In this document: positions 48,456 to 57,970 of the stretch, piece by piece
Layout of the letters: every line of letters starts with the position of its first letter
How positions within the stretch are numbered: the first letter of the stretch is position 1
Sequence record: PV245934.1
Origin: Escherichia phage sutha
Reading direction: 5' to 3' (one strand)
DNA: 64,000 nucleotides
The notes under the pieces: generated by a model
Told to the model about the DNA's origin: nothing
The model's input: the letters and a program-made list of their open reading frames with translations, nothing else
The model's database searches: none
Translations under genes and position numbers: made by a program

Positions 48456-48776
48456 TTATAGCGTAATCCATTCTCGTATTGTCTGAGTTACTACACGTTC
48501 ACGGGGCTCGACTAGTTCAACAGTCGGAACTGCATAATACCAGTCAGAATGGTAAGAACCTGAGCGAGATTCATTTACAGACACATGAACGTTATGTTTT
48601 GGACTAAAATAAACGCACTGCCGATACTGGCATTTGCCATCTTGTACCCAATCTTCTATTTCGACAGGTTTAAGATAATCCGAAAAATCGAAATCATAAT
48701 TTTCTGAAAATGCATCATGGTCTTCGATGATTTCACTCAGAACTGCATCAACATCTAATTTATTTTCAATATTCAT
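48456..48776 (-). CDS. hypothetical protein (106 aa)
   Basis: ORF in array. Confidence 0.4.
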   Translation of the reverse strand: MNIENKLDVDAVLSEIIEDHDAFSENYDFDFSDYLKPVEIEDWVQDGKCQYRQCVYFSPKHNVHVSVNESRSGSYHSDWYYAVPTVELVEPRERVVTQTIREWITL

Positions 48777-48786
48777 TTTTCACCAA

Positions 48787-48996
48787 TTAATTTCGCAATT
48801 TATTAAGTTCTTCATAATCAATCCAGGATTCTAGTCCTGATGGCAAATCAGATTCAATTTCCCAAAGAAGTTCTTCAATTTTCTGAAGACGATCTAATTC
48901 TTCAGCAGGAATAGTAACCATTGACGGAGTTCTTGATACACTAATATCGTAAATCATATTTATCCCAGTTTGACCATACAATCGCCGTATTTCCAT
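48787..48996 (-). CDS. hypothetical protein (69 aa)
   Basis: ORF in array. Confidence 0.35.
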   Translation of the reverse strand: MEIRRLYGQTGINMIYDISVSRTPSMVTIPAEELDRLQKIEELLWEIESDLPSGLESWIDYEELNKLRN

Positions 48997-49175
48997 TTAG
49001 AAATAGACTTTTCACCATTAGAATAGTAAACTTCGAGTTTAGCACGATTATTTTTAATTTGAATAACCTTTGCTGTCATCAAAGTTCCATACCCGTAATA
49101 AACTGCAACCTCATCACCTACATATACCGCGCTTCCGCGGTAGTCATGGATATAATCAGTTCCTTCGAGCATCAT
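48960..49175 (-). CDS. hypothetical protein (71 aa)
   Basis: ORF in array. Confidence 0.35.
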   Translation of the reverse strand: MMLEGTDYIHDYRGSAVYVGDEVAVYYGYGTLMTAKVIQIKNNRAKLEVYYSNGEKSISKWKYGDCMVKLG

Positions 49176-49435
49176 TTAAAGTATTCCCGCAATTGGTCAA
49201 ATCCACCAATATGACTTCCATCAGGAGCAAATACTTGTGGCATTGTCAACCCAATTTGAGTATCACGACCTAGTTTCGCCAGAAGCTCAGCGATTTTCTC
49301 ATCATCAAAAACACCTTTTTCCGGCATAATGTTGATAAATTCAAACGGCTGTTTCTTCACAGTCAAGAGACGTTTTGCATTATCGCAATATACGCATTTG
49401 TGGATGTTGCTATCATAACCATATACTTTAAACAT
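49172..49435 (-). CDS. nrdC: thioredoxin/glutaredoxin NrdC
   Basis: 87-aa ORF with CVYC redox motif; size equals T4 NrdC. Confidence 0.7.
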   Translation of the reverse strand: MFKVYGYDSNIHKCVYCDNAKRLLTVKKQPFEFINIMPEKGVFDDEKIAELLAKLGRDTQIGLTMPQVFAPDGSHIGGFDQLREYFK

Positions 49436-49436
49436 A

Positions 49437-49679
49437 TTATTCCTTAATTCCTAGTACTTGTTTAAAAGTCTCGTCGTAATCAAGACTTTGACCTGTTTGT
49501 TCTTTATGTTTGTATATAATATCACTTACTTCTGATAGCATATTTTTATATGAACGAGTTAAAGCAGATTTAAGTACGCTGTATCTATCAGGAAATTTAC
49601 CGTGTTCATTATAATACGCTATTGCTAATTCACGGACTGCCTTTTCAGCAATCTCCATATATTCTTTACGCTTTGTCAT
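49437..49679 (-). CDS. hypothetical protein (80 aa)
   Basis: ORF in array. Confidence 0.4.
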   Translation of the reverse strand: MTKRKEYMEIAEKAVRELAIAYYNEHGKFPDRYSVLKSALTRSYKNMLSEVSDIIYKHKEQTGQSLDYDETFKQVLGIKE

Positions 49680-49984
49680 TTTTTTTCTCGGTTAAATCGG
49701 TGTTTGCAATGACGGCATTTATAACGAAGATTACTAGTCTGCCAATGAACTAATTGAACCTGTTCAGTACCGCATTCAGGACAATTAGGAACGTTTTTAG
49801 AAGCCCTTTCGCGGCGTTCAACCATAGCCATAATGGCATCCCAAGCAGGAGGTTTAAAGTCTAGATCGTCACAACCATGAATCTTTCCACGCATTTCTAA
49901 ATCGTCTTCTTCACCAGCCATAATAATTTTAATTAGACTGGAATTACTTGAAGCTGCAATATCTTCTAATAGACGCTTTTTCAT
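49676..49984 (-). CDS. hypothetical zinc-ribbon protein
   Basis: 102-aa ORF with CPECG...CRHCKH. Confidence 0.4.
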   Translation of the reverse strand: MKKRLLEDIAASSNSSLIKIIMAGEEDDLEMRGKIHGCDDLDFKPPAWDAIMAMVERRERASKNVPNCPECGTEQVQLVHWQTSNLRYKCRHCKHRFNREKK

Positions 49985-50892
49985 TTCAATACCTCAATAG
50001 CATTACGTAAACCATTTGCTTTTGCATTAAGAGCTTTTAACAATTTAGTGTGTTCGGCAATCTGAGCTTCAACTTCAACTAGTCGAGATTTGAGGTATTC
50101 ACGTTCTTCACTCAGATTATCAACCTTTTCTGCTTTAGGTTCTTTTACAACTTGCTTATATGTATTAGGGTTCTTCAGTTTAATTAGAATGCGTGAACTG
50201 TATAACATTGAACCATTATCTTCGGTTTCATCATACATTTCCACCATCGTGCAGAGTTTATAAGACAACGAACGAATAGTTTTGTTATGCTTATTAATTT
50301 CTCTAGCTGTCATGGTGCCGAGATTACGTGAGTAATAATAAGGAACCTGGATATTAATTAATACTGATGAACCACCTGGCTTGTGTGTTACTTCATCAGC
50401 AATAACCCAATCCTTAACATGAACTGTATTTGTACGGTCATCGCCTGCGGTAAATAGTTTGCGAGCATGCTTAAAAAGCATATTCACTTGGTCATTGAAT
50501 TGACAAGCAAATTTATCAGCAAATTTAGTTTCAGGAATGGTAGATAACCAATCAGCCAAATGGGTCTTTTTAACATCGTTAACAATAGTAAATTCAACCA
50601 AATCAGTTATAGATGTCTCAGATTTAATAAAGCTCGGCTTCATAAAGTTTTTAATGTTATCACGAGCTATCACAGAAGATAGTAATCGGGAACGTTTGAA
50701 CCACTCTAGCAAAGAACCAAGAGAATGTGAATACGCGTTTTGTGTATCTTTACAAATATGGTTTTCCCATCCAATATAGTCTAAAAAATCACGAAGAATA
50801 TTATTGATTACTGCTCTGTGTCCTATCTGATAATTACGATGTTTAGTAATAAGACTATCAAAATAATCAATATAATGTTTACGAGTTTTCAT
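49981..50892 (-). CDS. hypothetical protein with C-terminal coiled coil (paralog family member 1)
   Basis: 303-aa ORF; N-terminus MKTRKHYIDYF; heptad-like C-terminal 50 aa. Confidence 0.5.
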   Translation of the reverse strand: MKTRKHYIDYFDSLITKHRNYQIGHRAVINNILRDFLDYIGWENHICKDTQNAYSHSLGSLLEWFKRSRLLSSVIARDNIKNFMKPSFIKSETSITDLVEFTIVNDVKKTHLADWLSTIPETKFADKFACQFNDQVNMLFKHARKLFTAGDDRTNTVHVKDWVIADEVTHKPGGSSVLINIQVPYYYSRNLGTMTAREINKHNKTIRSLSYKLCTMVEMYDETEDNGSMLYSSRILIKLKNPNTYKQVVKEPKAEKVDNLSEEREYLKSRLVEVEAQIAEHTKLLKALNAKANGLRNAIEVLK

Positions 50893-50944
50893 GTTCTTCT
50901 CACTTGGTTAATGATTTATGCTCCGAACCATCCTTGGCTTTAAA

Positions 50945-51946
50945 TTACTTAATTAACTGTAAAGCTTGTTCCAAACGATCAAGGCGATTAACAGATTCTT
51001 CCCAAATCCTTTTAGCCTTCTCATATTCTTTCTGCGCTTTATTAGAAATTTCTAGAACTTCTTTATAAGCTTTTTCTAGTGCAATAACTTCTGGACGAAT
51101 TTCTATCGGTTCAGGCGAATCATCAAGATTATCCATTAGTTCCTCAAGTGTAGTTTCTTCTTTAGGAGTATTCACAATTTCATCACATTTTTGTTGGTAA
51201 ATTTCTTTATCAGTCGGTGAATAAGCACATTTCACTTCACGAAGACTAACTACAATTTTGTATCCTTCCCAACCACACGTATTTTTAAAAGGATAAGTAT
51301 GAATATTTTCTACCGTTTCCATACAAAGTAATGCAGTCTCTAATTGCCAAGTTATATCACTAGCAATTGAGAAAAATTTATTAATGTTCTTTTGATTAGT
51401 TTCTGGTGTAAAAAATCTGTAATTAATAAAAATAGCTACTTTGTTTTTATCAAGCTCATATTCTTCTGCTATAATCATATCATCAGCTAATGGATGAATT
51501 TGACGATAACCGCCATAGCATAATTTAGAAGCTGATTTTAGAATTTGCTTCGTAAAACTCCTAAATTCACTAACCCAACGACGAGTAAAAATATTCTCAG
51601 GGTCTTCTTTATTATTGAGATGATAAGAATTAACATCACCGAACCAATTATATCCTACTACATCTTTAGTTCGTTTAATTTCTTTCCCAAATTTACCAAG
51701 AATATCTCTGTTGACTAAGTATGAAAGAAGACGAGACCCTTTAAAGGTTTTCTTAATGTCATCTTTATCTGTACGACTAGAAATTTCACGAACTTCATGA
51801 ATAAATTTGCCAGAAGAAACAATGCTTACATCAATATTATTGAGCCATTGATTGATAATAGAAAGAACACTATTCTGACTAGACATAGGTTTAACTTTAT
51901 CATCAATAACACTGTTGAATGATTTGATATATTCGTTACGAGTCAT
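50945..51946 (-). CDS. hypothetical protein with C-terminal coiled coil (paralog family member 2)
   Basis: ORF 50945..51997 trimmed to ATG 51944-51946 (SD GAGGAG; upstream ATG lies inside promoter); shares SFTKQILKSASKL block with member 3. Confidence 0.5.
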   Translation of the reverse strand: MTRNEYIKSFNSVIDDKVKPMSSQNSVLSIINQWLNNIDVSIVSSGKFIHEVREISSRTDKDDIKKTFKGSRLLSYLVNRDILGKFGKEIKRTKDVVGYNWFGDVNSYHLNNKEDPENIFTRRWVSEFRSFTKQILKSASKLCYGGYRQIHPLADDMIIAEEYELDKNKVAIFINYRFFTPETNQKNINKFFSIASDITWQLETALLCMETVENIHTYPFKNTCGWEGYKIVVSLREVKCAYSPTDKEIYQQKCDEIVNTPKEETTLEELMDNLDDSPEPIEIRPEVIALEKAYKEVLEISNKAQKEYEKAKRIWEESVNRLDRLEQALQLIK

Positions 51947-51973
51947 ATTAATCTCCTCAGTAGAAAGTAAGAA

Positions 51974-52005
51974 CATTATACCACATCCTTGTGGCAAAGT
52001 AAACT
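51974..52005 (-). promoter_or_regulatory. early promoter upstream of paralog family member 2
   Basis: minus-strand reading gtttactttgccacaaggatgtggtataat (near-identical to the promoter at 6566). Confidence 0.6.
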
Positions 52006-53032
52006 AGTTCAGTGCATTTAGTGCATTGTTCAGTTTAGAACGTTGCTTCGTAAGATTTTTGACTTTTTCTTGAGCTTTTTCTAGTATCTTTTCAGCTTCT
52101 AGCACTTCATTAGTTGCTTTAACGAGTTCATCATCTACTGCCTTGATAGACTTCTCAATCGCATCCGCGTGCCATTTTTCAACAGGTTTAAGACTCGGAT
52201 TTTCAACAGGAAGAAAATTCACTTTATTGAATTTCCATGCATCATTATTACCTGAACTATACATCCAAAATTTAGGATCGTTTGATGAGTAATTGGATAA
52301 ATTTAAATTTAAGTTATCTTGCACTTCTTGCTTTTTCTCTTGCGGGACTTCGTCCTTTCTCAAAAAATCGTATTTAAATGAAACGATCATATCAAGTTCA
52401 TACGTTGTTGTGTCTAATTTAAATCGTTCAAAACGAGGTAAAATCTTAGATTGAACAGCAGCAACAACATCCATATACTTAAATGCTTCTGTCAACTGCG
52501 ATTTAAGGCATTCGCAAATTGAAAGAGAATTTTTTGTATTAGGTTTAAAGCTAATTCGTGCAGTTCTATTATTTTCTTTTAATGGTCTTACTTCCATCTG
52601 AAGAGTATAACCATCAAATTTCAGATTCTTTAAGTTAATATCAGAACCTTTTAACCGACTCGCAGTTGATAAAATTTGCTTTAATTGTCTACGGAACAGA
52701 GCAATAAATCTCCATTCAATACGATAATGATTTGGATTGAAAAATCCAGATGATAAATCGACCTTACTTTGACCAACGCCTTGAACAAATAGAGGATTTT
52801 TATAATCAATAGTTTTACAGAAATCGGTGAGCTGCTCACGGGCCGTCATTTGTGTAATATACCCTGCTTTACTAAAATTACGCACCCATTCACTGCTATT
52901 CGTATACTTAAAGTGATGAATAACACGATTAACTTTATCAGGGTCTAAATTATTTTCACACAAAAATGTCATAGCATCACGAGTATAGCTGGCATTACGA
53001 ACCATATCTTCAATTTGAGAACGAGTTTTCAT
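52004..53032 (-). CDS. hypothetical protein with C-terminal coiled coil (paralog family member 3)
   Basis: 342-aa ORF; N-terminus MKTRSQIEDM; block RRQLKQILSTASRL. Confidence 0.5.
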   Translation of the reverse strand: MKTRSQIEDMVRNASYTRDAMTFLCENNLDPDKVNRVIHHFKYTNSSEWVRNFSKAGYITQMTAREQLTDFCKTIDYKNPLFVQGVGQSKVDLSSGFFNPNHYRIEWRFIALFRRQLKQILSTASRLKGSDINLKNLKFDGYTLQMEVRPLKENNRTARISFKPNTKNSLSICECLKSQLTEAFKYMDVVAAVQSKILPRFERFKLDTTTYELDMIVSFKYDFLRKDEVPQEKKQEVQDNLNLNLSNYSSNDPKFWMYSSGNNDAWKFNKVNFLPVENPSLKPVEKWHADAIEKSIKAVDDELVKATNEVLEAEKILEKAQEKVKNLTKQRSKLNNALNALN

Positions 53033-53040
53033 GGTATTCC

Positions 53041-53949
53041 TTAAGATTTAAGTAAATCAACAATTTTAATTAACTTTTCACGCTCAGATTTAGCTTTACT
53101 ACTCAGTCCAGATAGTCTGAAAATTTCATCATCATATTGTTGAATAGAAATATTCAGCTCTTCAATCTGCTTATTAAAATAATCAATTTGTTCAGAATGT
53201 TTTTCGTTACTACGAACTGGTACAGGTTTTGCAGGCAATGTAGTTGAACTGGATTCATCCGGGCGATAAATTAAAATACAACTTGAACCAATAGGGCATT
53301 TTGCACCAGATGAATATTCTAATGTTCCAGCTTCTTTTAAAACTTCAAAAGCTAAACAGAGATGATGCCCCATATTAACATAATCTGTAGAGTGAGCTCT
53401 GATGTAATAATCATCTCCACGAGTACTAAATTTAAAGCATTTAAGGTCTTCTGTATTATTGGTCTTAAAAATCATTTGTTTATCTAGACCTTTAGCTAAT
53501 CGAGCACCTAATGCTAATAATCGTCGTTGATTTTCCCACAAATCTGCGATCATTTGGTCAAATGATAATTTCGGCATTAGTCGACCATAAAGGTCATATC
53601 CTTTATTATAATTGCGAAGGATTTCACTCGCATTAATACGAGACAACGCTCCAATTTTATTAAGGGCTTTCATAATGCGATTAGATAAAAGCATTCCAGA
53701 CCCGTTTGTTCGTTGTAAATGTTTTTCTAATCCAAATCCAATATCAACTTTAAACTTATCTAAAATTTCGGCGTGAACATCTTTATCAATAACATTTAAA
53801 TTTAGTACTGGGTTAAATTTATGAAAAAATTTATCTGACTCGTCGTGTTGAAGTACAGTCCATTCATTTGATTTTTTATTAACTAAAGATTTAATTACTG
53901 CATTGACATTATTAATTGCTACTGACATATTTTCCTCACTCAATTTCAA
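53041..53949 (-). CDS. hypothetical protein with C-terminal coiled coil (paralog family member 4)
   Basis: 302-aa ORF; block NQRRLLALGARLAKGL; coiled-coil C-terminus. Confidence 0.45.
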   Translation of the reverse strand: MKLSEENMSVAINNVNAVIKSLVNKKSNEWTVLQHDESDKFFHKFNPVLNLNVIDKDVHAEILDKFKVDIGFGLEKHLQRTNGSGMLLSNRIMKALNKIGALSRINASEILRNYNKGYDLYGRLMPKLSFDQMIADLWENQRRLLALGARLAKGLDKQMIFKTNNTEDLKCFKFSTRGDDYYIRAHSTDYVNMGHHLCLAFEVLKEAGTLEYSSGAKCPIGSSCILIYRPDESSSTTLPAKPVPVRSNEKHSEQIDYFNKQIEELNISIQQYDDEIFRLSGLSSKAKSEREKLIKIVDLLKS

Positions 53950-54343
53950 TTTTACTAAATATACAGAATAAGATGGAACAGACTATATAAGCACCACACA
54001 CAGATTGAACTAATACCATTCCAAAGAACCAAACAATATTATCAAACAGTGTCTGTTTTACGTCGAAAGGACGTAAACTTACAGTAATATTATCACCTTT
54101 TTCTATTGAAGAATACATCTCTGGGGAAATATATTCACTAAATCTATAACCGTCTTTGAGTTCATATACGGCAATAAACGATAAACTAGACCCTTTTCCT
54201 TGTGTTCCTGTAATGGTATTAACTACAGTAACATCATAATCTTTATAATGCATATAATCATTAATAGCATAATAACCGTATGCAACTACTACGCATAAAC
54301 AACATATCAATAAATTCAATCTTTTAATTATCAACTGTTTCAT
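53936..54343 (-). CDS. hypothetical membrane protein
   Basis: 135-aa ORF with two hydrophobic segments. Confidence 0.4.
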   Translation of the reverse strand: MKQLIIKRLNLLICCLCVVVAYGYYAINDYMHYKDYDVTVVNTITGTQGKGSSLSFIAVYELKDGYRFSEYISPEMYSSIEKGDNITVSLRPFDVKQTLFDNIVWFFGMVLVQSVCGAYIVCSILFCIFSKIEIE

Positions 54344-54398
54344 AATAATCTCAATTAAAAGGGCTTAGAACCATTATACCATCCTTGGTATAAAGCGG

Positions 54399-54926
54399 TT
54401 ATGCGAGTACCGTCTTTAACCGTTCTTCAAACTTCCGAAGAGTATTTTGGCGTTCAGCTCTTTGCTTTTTGTAAGTTTCAATACGCTCTGAAATGAGAGT
54501 GTATCGTTCATTTACTGATTCTTTCATAAAATCAGGAATTTCACGAGAAGCTTTAATCTCATCAAATTTATCAATAACAGCTTGCTCTTCAGCAATTAAG
54601 TTATCATACATCAAAATATCTTTCTTGATGAACTCAATATCTTCTTGAGTTACACGAGATAATTTAGATGCTTTATCCTTTTTGTACTGTTCGTTAGTAT
54701 CACGAGACCAGTGTAATGTACGATTTTTATTCGTATTCTTGTAAATTTCTACAATACCAATCTCATCAATAATAACGATCCAATTCCAACGGGATTTGTA
54801 AATTTGTCCTCCATCAACAGTGATTTCACCTCCGATTGAGATGTCATTAAAGAACTTGCTTTGTGCTTCAGATTTAAATTTACCATCGTTGTAATTTACC
54901 AAGTTGAAAATATCTTTAGCGTTCAT
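54399..54926 (-). CDS. hypothetical protein with C-terminal coiled coil
   Basis: 175-aa ORF behind promoter cassette and GGAGGAACAGAAA leader. Confidence 0.45.
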   Translation of the reverse strand: MNAKDIFNLVNYNDGKFKSEAQSKFFNDISIGGEITVDGGQIYKSRWNWIVIIDEIGIVEIYKNTNKNRTLHWSRDTNEQYKKDKASKLSRVTQEDIEFIKKDILMYDNLIAEEQAVIDKFDEIKASREIPDFMKESVNERYTLISERIETYKKQRAERQNTLRKFEERLKTVLA

Positions 54927-54937
54927 TTTCTGTTCCT

Positions 54938-54984
54938 CCGTAGTTGATAGTTGTATAGTACCACAGAGGAACAGTCTTGTAAAC
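54938..54984 (-). promoter_or_regulatory. early promoter cassette (repeat copy)
   Basis: + strand ccgtagttgatagttgtatagtaccacagaggaacagtcttgtaaac. Confidence 0.55.
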
Positions 54985-54986
54985 CA

Positions 54987-55301
54987 CTAAAAGAAACTTC
55001 TTTCACAATTTTTTCCACTGAACCAAGCGCTCACTGCTTTCTTAGTCTCAGGAGCAGTGTTATCCATAAACCATTCAAAGGCAGCCTTTTTATGATTCTG
55101 GAGGGCTTCTCGGGCTTTAATCTGCTCACGGTCTATTAACACTAACATATGAGCCTTTCTTGTCACCAGGGGCTTCTTATGATTTTTTGAATATTCCCAA
55201 TCATTTGTCCATCGCATCGTTGTTGCGAACTGAAATACTGCTTCTTTAATTTTAGTTTCGTAAATTTCACGAGCCTTTGAGTATAACATCATTACCTCCA
55301 T
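54987..55301 (-). CDS. hypothetical protein (104 aa)
   Basis: ORF in array. Confidence 0.4.
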   Translation of the reverse strand: MEVMMLYSKAREIYETKIKEAVFQFATTMRWTNDWEYSKNHKKPLVTRKAHMLVLIDREQIKAREALQNHKKAAFEWFMDNTAPETKKAVSAWFSGKNCERSFF

Positions 55302-55391
55302 TTACCAGTTTAATTCTAGTCATCTTTTTAACGGCAGTCCATATAATCTATTTCTGAACTGCCTTTTTGTCTTAGAAGGCCTCTTATGAAT

Positions 55392-56360
55392 TTATTTCAG
55401 AAGAGTAACCTCAGCGATTTCTTGCCAACCGTTTTTGTCGGTCATAATAAAGTCAGCAAGATACAGAGCAGTACGCAGTGAAACATTGCGTAAACGATTA
55501 ACATTGACTTTCATCCATGATAATGCTTTATAAGTTTCTTCATCAGAAAGACCGCGCTTTTGCATCATGTCGGTTGAAAGAATAACATCTTCAACCCTGA
55601 CCATAATTTCTTCATTAGTGTGAACACCCAAATCCAAATAAACTGAGCGGGACACTAATGCTTGTAAATGTGGAGCAAGTTTAGTACCACGGTCTAATTC
55701 GCGGTCAATGTCAACGTTTGTGATAAAAACAATCGTTCCTTTAAATTCAAACTCACGCTCAATGCCTTTTTCTTCTAAGTAAGAAGATGCGGTGCTCCAG
55801 CAGACTTTACGGGTCTCTCCAGTGTCCAGAGCAGCTTTCAGAAGATTAAGAATGTCCATATCAGAGAAAACATCCACATCATCAATCAAAAGGACAGAAT
55901 TCTCTTCACGATTATTCCAAAGCTGTTCATAAAGACCGATACCAGAGATTTTACCATTAATGCTTTTATATTCAATGTATCCATTATCATTTGCTTTATT
56001 CAAAGCTTTATCTAAAGAATACGTTTTACCAATACCCGCCGCACCAGAGATAATCAATGAACGAATATTTCCGTTAATAATACCATTCGTCATCATTCCC
56101 ATAACATTAAATCTTTTATTAATGCGGGTTTTCATATCTTCATATGATTCTTTAACTTCTTCAACTTTTACACCATCATATGAAATATCTGATTTGTAAA
56201 CCCAAACACCGCGACGTTTACCGTCAATTTCAACAAAAACTTTACCATCTCCTTGTGCATCTACCGGAGCATTATCTGGGAACCATTCGCCTAAGAGCTC
56301 AAAAGTTCCAGAGATTTCTTTACCGAAGTAGATACCCTTATTGATAGTTACAGTTTTCAT
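55392..56360 (-). CDS. AAA+ family ATPase
   Basis: ORF 55392..56372 trimmed to ATG 56358-56360 (TTGGAGAATAAA leader); Walker A GAAGIGKT, Walker B LLIDDVD. Confidence 0.55.
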   Translation of the reverse strand: MKTVTINKGIYFGKEISGTFELLGEWFPDNAPVDAQGDGKVFVEIDGKRRGVWVYKSDISYDGVKVEEVKESYEDMKTRINKRFNVMGMMTNGIINGNIRSLIISGAAGIGKTYSLDKALNKANDNGYIEYKSINGKISGIGLYEQLWNNREENSVLLIDDVDVFSDMDILNLLKAALDTGETRKVCWSTASSYLEEKGIEREFEFKGTIVFITNVDIDRELDRGTKLAPHLQALVSRSVYLDLGVHTNEEIMVRVEDVILSTDMMQKRGLSDEETYKALSWMKVNVNRLRNVSLRTALYLADFIMTDKNGWQEIAEVTLLK

Positions 56361-56384
56361 TTTATTCTCCAATTTTACATTTGT

Positions 56385-56426
56385 TTTGATAGGGTAATAG
56401 TATCACACTACTACCCTGCTGTAAAC
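56385..56426 (-). promoter_or_regulatory. early promoter (cassette variant) upstream of AAA+ ATPase gene
   Basis: + strand ttgatagggtaatagtatcacactactaccctgctgtaaac. Confidence 0.45.
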
Positions 56427-56429
56427 AAT

Positions 56430-56693
56430 TTATTTTAATGTTTGCCAAATTTTTACTGCTTCGCGACGAGATACTTCTACGGCGCCAAGTTCTATAGCTT
56501 TTTGGCGTCGCCGAGCGTGTAAGTCATAATGTTTAATGCGTTTATCTTGAAACCAAGAACGTTTCATTCCTATTGCTTCTGCCATTTCGTGAAGCTCTTC
56601 AATATCTCCATCAGTGAACATATGACAATTTTTAGTTGGATGACCGCGAAGTTTCCATCCATGATTCATTAAAACATCTACGTAAACTGTCAT
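56430..56693 (-). CDS. hypothetical protein (87 aa)
   Basis: ORF in array. Confidence 0.4.
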   Translation of the reverse strand: MTVYVDVLMNHGWKLRGHPTKNCHMFTDGDIEELHEMAEAIGMKRSWFQDKRIKHYDLHARRRQKAIELGAVEVSRREAVKIWQTLK

Positions 56694-56839
56694 TGATTCT
56701 TCTCCAAATAAGTTTCGATAATTTTCTGGGCGAGATAAACCGCGTTATCTTCAGTTGCGTCTTCTAAGAAACTTTCAAAACACTCTGAAATTTCTTCTGT
56801 ATCAATCAACTTTTTTACTTCAATTGGTGTAATTTTCAT
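56690..56839 (-). CDS. hypothetical protein (49 aa)
   Basis: Hand translation MKITPIEVKKLIDTEEISECFESFLEDATEDNAVYLAQKIIETYLEKNQ; ATGA overlap with next gene; below ORF-track cutoff. Confidence 0.35.
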   Translation of the reverse strand: MKITPIEVKKLIDTEEISECFESFLEDATEDNAVYLAQKIIETYLEKNQ

Positions 56840-56865
56840 TTTGTTTTCCGTTTAAGTGTTTGTTT

Positions 56866-56906
56866 TGATAGTTGTATAGTACCATAAAGCTTTATGCTTG
56901 TAAACC
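56866..56906 (-). promoter_or_regulatory. early promoter cassette (partial copy)
   Basis: + strand ttgatagttgtatagtaccataaagctttatgcttgtaaac. Confidence 0.5.
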
Positions 56907-56937
56907 ATTTTGTGAAAAAATTTTGAAATAAAAAAAA

Positions 56938-56953
56938 GGAGCCCGAAGGCTCC
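56938..56953 (-). terminator. stem-loop with UUCG tetraloop and U-tract after NTase-fold gene
   Basis: + strand aaaaaaaaggagcccgaaggctcc. Confidence 0.6.
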
Positions 56954-56956
56954 CTA

Positions 56957-57970
56957 TCATTTATAATAACTTCGGTGGTTTTCAAGATAAACCCTCTCAA
57001 GGAAGTCATCCCAGAAACCCATGTCTACTTTTTGCTGCATACCGTTCTTAGAAGCTTCAATGGATGCTGCTTCTACTTGATCGACCACATCTTCCAAAAA
57101 CTCTTGAACAGTTTTAAATGGATGCTTACCCAGCTTCACGTCGAGAATAAATGGAGCATCTTGGAGTGGATAAACCAAGTCACCAGTTTTGTAAATTTCC
57201 AATAGTTGAAGTCCACCACGGCAGGCATGGCTCAGAGCTTTCCAGTCAATGCCTTCGTTGGCTTCGGCCTTACGAGCACGTTCACCGTATTCAGCATCTA
57301 ATTTGTTCAGTGACTGCTTAAGCTCAATAAGAGAAAGCGTTGTCTGATATTTACGACCCAACACAGTGTAGAACGTTTGCGGGCCTGTTTTCTCATGATT
57401 ATGGAACACCCATTCACAGAATTCGTTTTCTGGAAGACGATGCTTAATATCTTCAACTTTAGTACGACGCTGCTTAATGGAACCGTCTTCTTGGTAATCA
57501 ACCCATTGCTCAGGGATTTGATTAACTACTTTCAATACATCGCGTAATGCAGCCAAACGAGAACCCTTGACACCGTATTTAGAAGCTTGCTTGCGGACAT
57601 ATCCTAAATAGGATTTCATGTTAGTCGTATAAAAACGAGAACGGTTGTCTTGAATAAACTTCCACACATCAGGCAAATCAGATTTAACCACTAGCTCAGG
57701 TGGAGTGTGGAGCATATCCAATGCTACAGTTTCACCATCTGCTGCTAATTTAAAGAAATATTTAAGACTGTATAGTTCATGGTCAATATCATCTTTAGTG
57801 TTTTTAGATGATGTGTTGTTAGTGTTTTTACTCATATGCTCTTTAACATTTCCGATAAGAATATCGCGAGCAGGAGGAACAAAGATTTCTTTAAAATCTA
57901 CATCAGATTCTGGAGTAGAAGTTCCATAAAGATGACTACCAAAATAGCTTTTCATTACTGTTTTCATCAT
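56957..57970 (-). CDS. nucleotidyltransferase-fold protein (Pol-beta-like minimal NTase motif)
   Basis: 337-aa ORF with GS-x10-DVD motif (FGSHLYGTSTPESDVDF) near N-terminus. Confidence 0.5.
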   Translation of the reverse strand: MMKTVMKSYFGSHLYGTSTPESDVDFKEIFVPPARDILIGNVKEHMSKNTNNTSSKNTKDDIDHELYSLKYFFKLAADGETVALDMLHTPPELVVKSDLPDVWKFIQDNRSRFYTTNMKSYLGYVRKQASKYGVKGSRLAALRDVLKVVNQIPEQWVDYQEDGSIKQRRTKVEDIKHRLPENEFCEWVFHNHEKTGPQTFYTVLGRKYQTTLSLIELKQSLNKLDAEYGERARKAEANEGIDWKALSHACRGGLQLLEIYKTGDLVYPLQDAPFILDVKLGKHPFKTVQEFLEDVVDQVEAASIEASKNGMQQKVDMGFWDDFLERVYLENHRSYYK

